Of a stretch of DNA of 45,371 bases, positions 44,821 through 45,371 are shown piece by piece. Made by a program: the position numbers and the translations under genes. The stretch lies in the IMG/VR virus record IMGVR_UViG_3300017448_000026, positions 1 to 45,371 of that record; one strand, given 5' to 3'. The notes under the pieces are model-generated. The model worked only from the letters and a program-made list of their open reading frames with translations, made no database searches and was not told where the DNA came from. Each line of letters starts with the position of its first letter. Positions within the stretch are counted from its first letter, which is position 1. This DNA comes from a virus. Its lineage: Duplodnaviria; Caudoviricetes.

Positions 44821-44930
44821 AATTTTCTCACTGTTTTAAGACCGTACGAAATGTTGTGGCGTCGTTCGACCCGTCATTTTCTACAGTTTGCCAACCGTTT
44901 AAGTCCTTTGTTTTCATGGGCTTCAGTCTC

Positions 44931-44960
44931 ATGGTACCACGGGCCTGACACACCTGTCAA
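44931..44960 (-). promoter_or_regulatory. Strong sigma70-like early promoter with overlapping inverted repeat
   Basis: TTGACA, 18-nt spacer, extended -10 TGGTACCAT; TGACA-CACC-TGTCA palindrome over the -35. Confidence 0.7.
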
Positions 44961-45055
44961 GAACTGTATCTCCTTTGTTATCAATGAGTTAGGTCATGTG
45001 TCGCGCGGAAGGCGTGTAAGTGATTGAAAACAAAGCACTTATACTCTTATATTCT

Positions 45056-45092
<37 letters not shown>

Positions 45093-45371
45093 TTAATTTA
45101 ATTAGAATCTTACTAACCCCTTTAGAATCAACTACTTAGGGGGGGGAGTAACTAAAGTACTACCCTTGGGGTGTGTCAGACCGGTCCCCCCAAGTGCCGT
45201 AACTCATTGATTCTAAACAATTTGAATAGACGGCAAACTGTAGCAATAGACCAGCACTATGGCACCGGAGCCATTAAGACGCTCTAGAGCGAAGTCGAAC
45301 GCTCAATATTTCAGGCGGGCGCGGCTTCAGTCCAAAAGTTCCGGCGAAGCCCTTGACAGGCTGCGCCCCAA

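Overview
The window looks like a complete or near-complete ~45 kb, AT-rich tailed-phage genome with podovirus-like organisation. The + strand (~0.3-30.6 kb) carries the morphogenesis operon: terminase small and large subunits, portal, scaffold, major capsid, three head-tail adaptor paralogs, tail nozzle, fibre-like proteins and putative ejection proteins. Inserted among these are a PurD-like ATP-grasp ligase, a GT-A glycosyltransferase, a triply frameshifted methyltransferase, two signal-peptide-bearing proteins and an unannotated 48-aa double CCHC zinc-knuckle protein. The - strand (30.6-44.8 kb) carries replication and early genes: a UDG-fused family A DNA polymerase (His at the F762-equivalent position), DUF3987-like ATPase, SSB-like protein, AAA ATPase, PD-(D/E)xK nuclease, J-domain protein, vWA protein and SNF2-like helicase. 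The non-coding ends hold IHF-consensus sites, promoters and a T33 tract. The most striking signal is three tandem minimal FGE/C-type-lectin-fold genes (43043-44050). Their C-terminal segments resemble diversity-generating-retroelement (DGR) variable regions, yet no reverse transcriptase or template repeat is visible. A nearby CxxCxx repeat gene varies non-synonymously only at the adenines of a TGT-AAT-AAC consensus. I recognised no integrase, repressor, primase, tRNA or CRISPR array. All functional calls are by-eye motif recognition, not database results.
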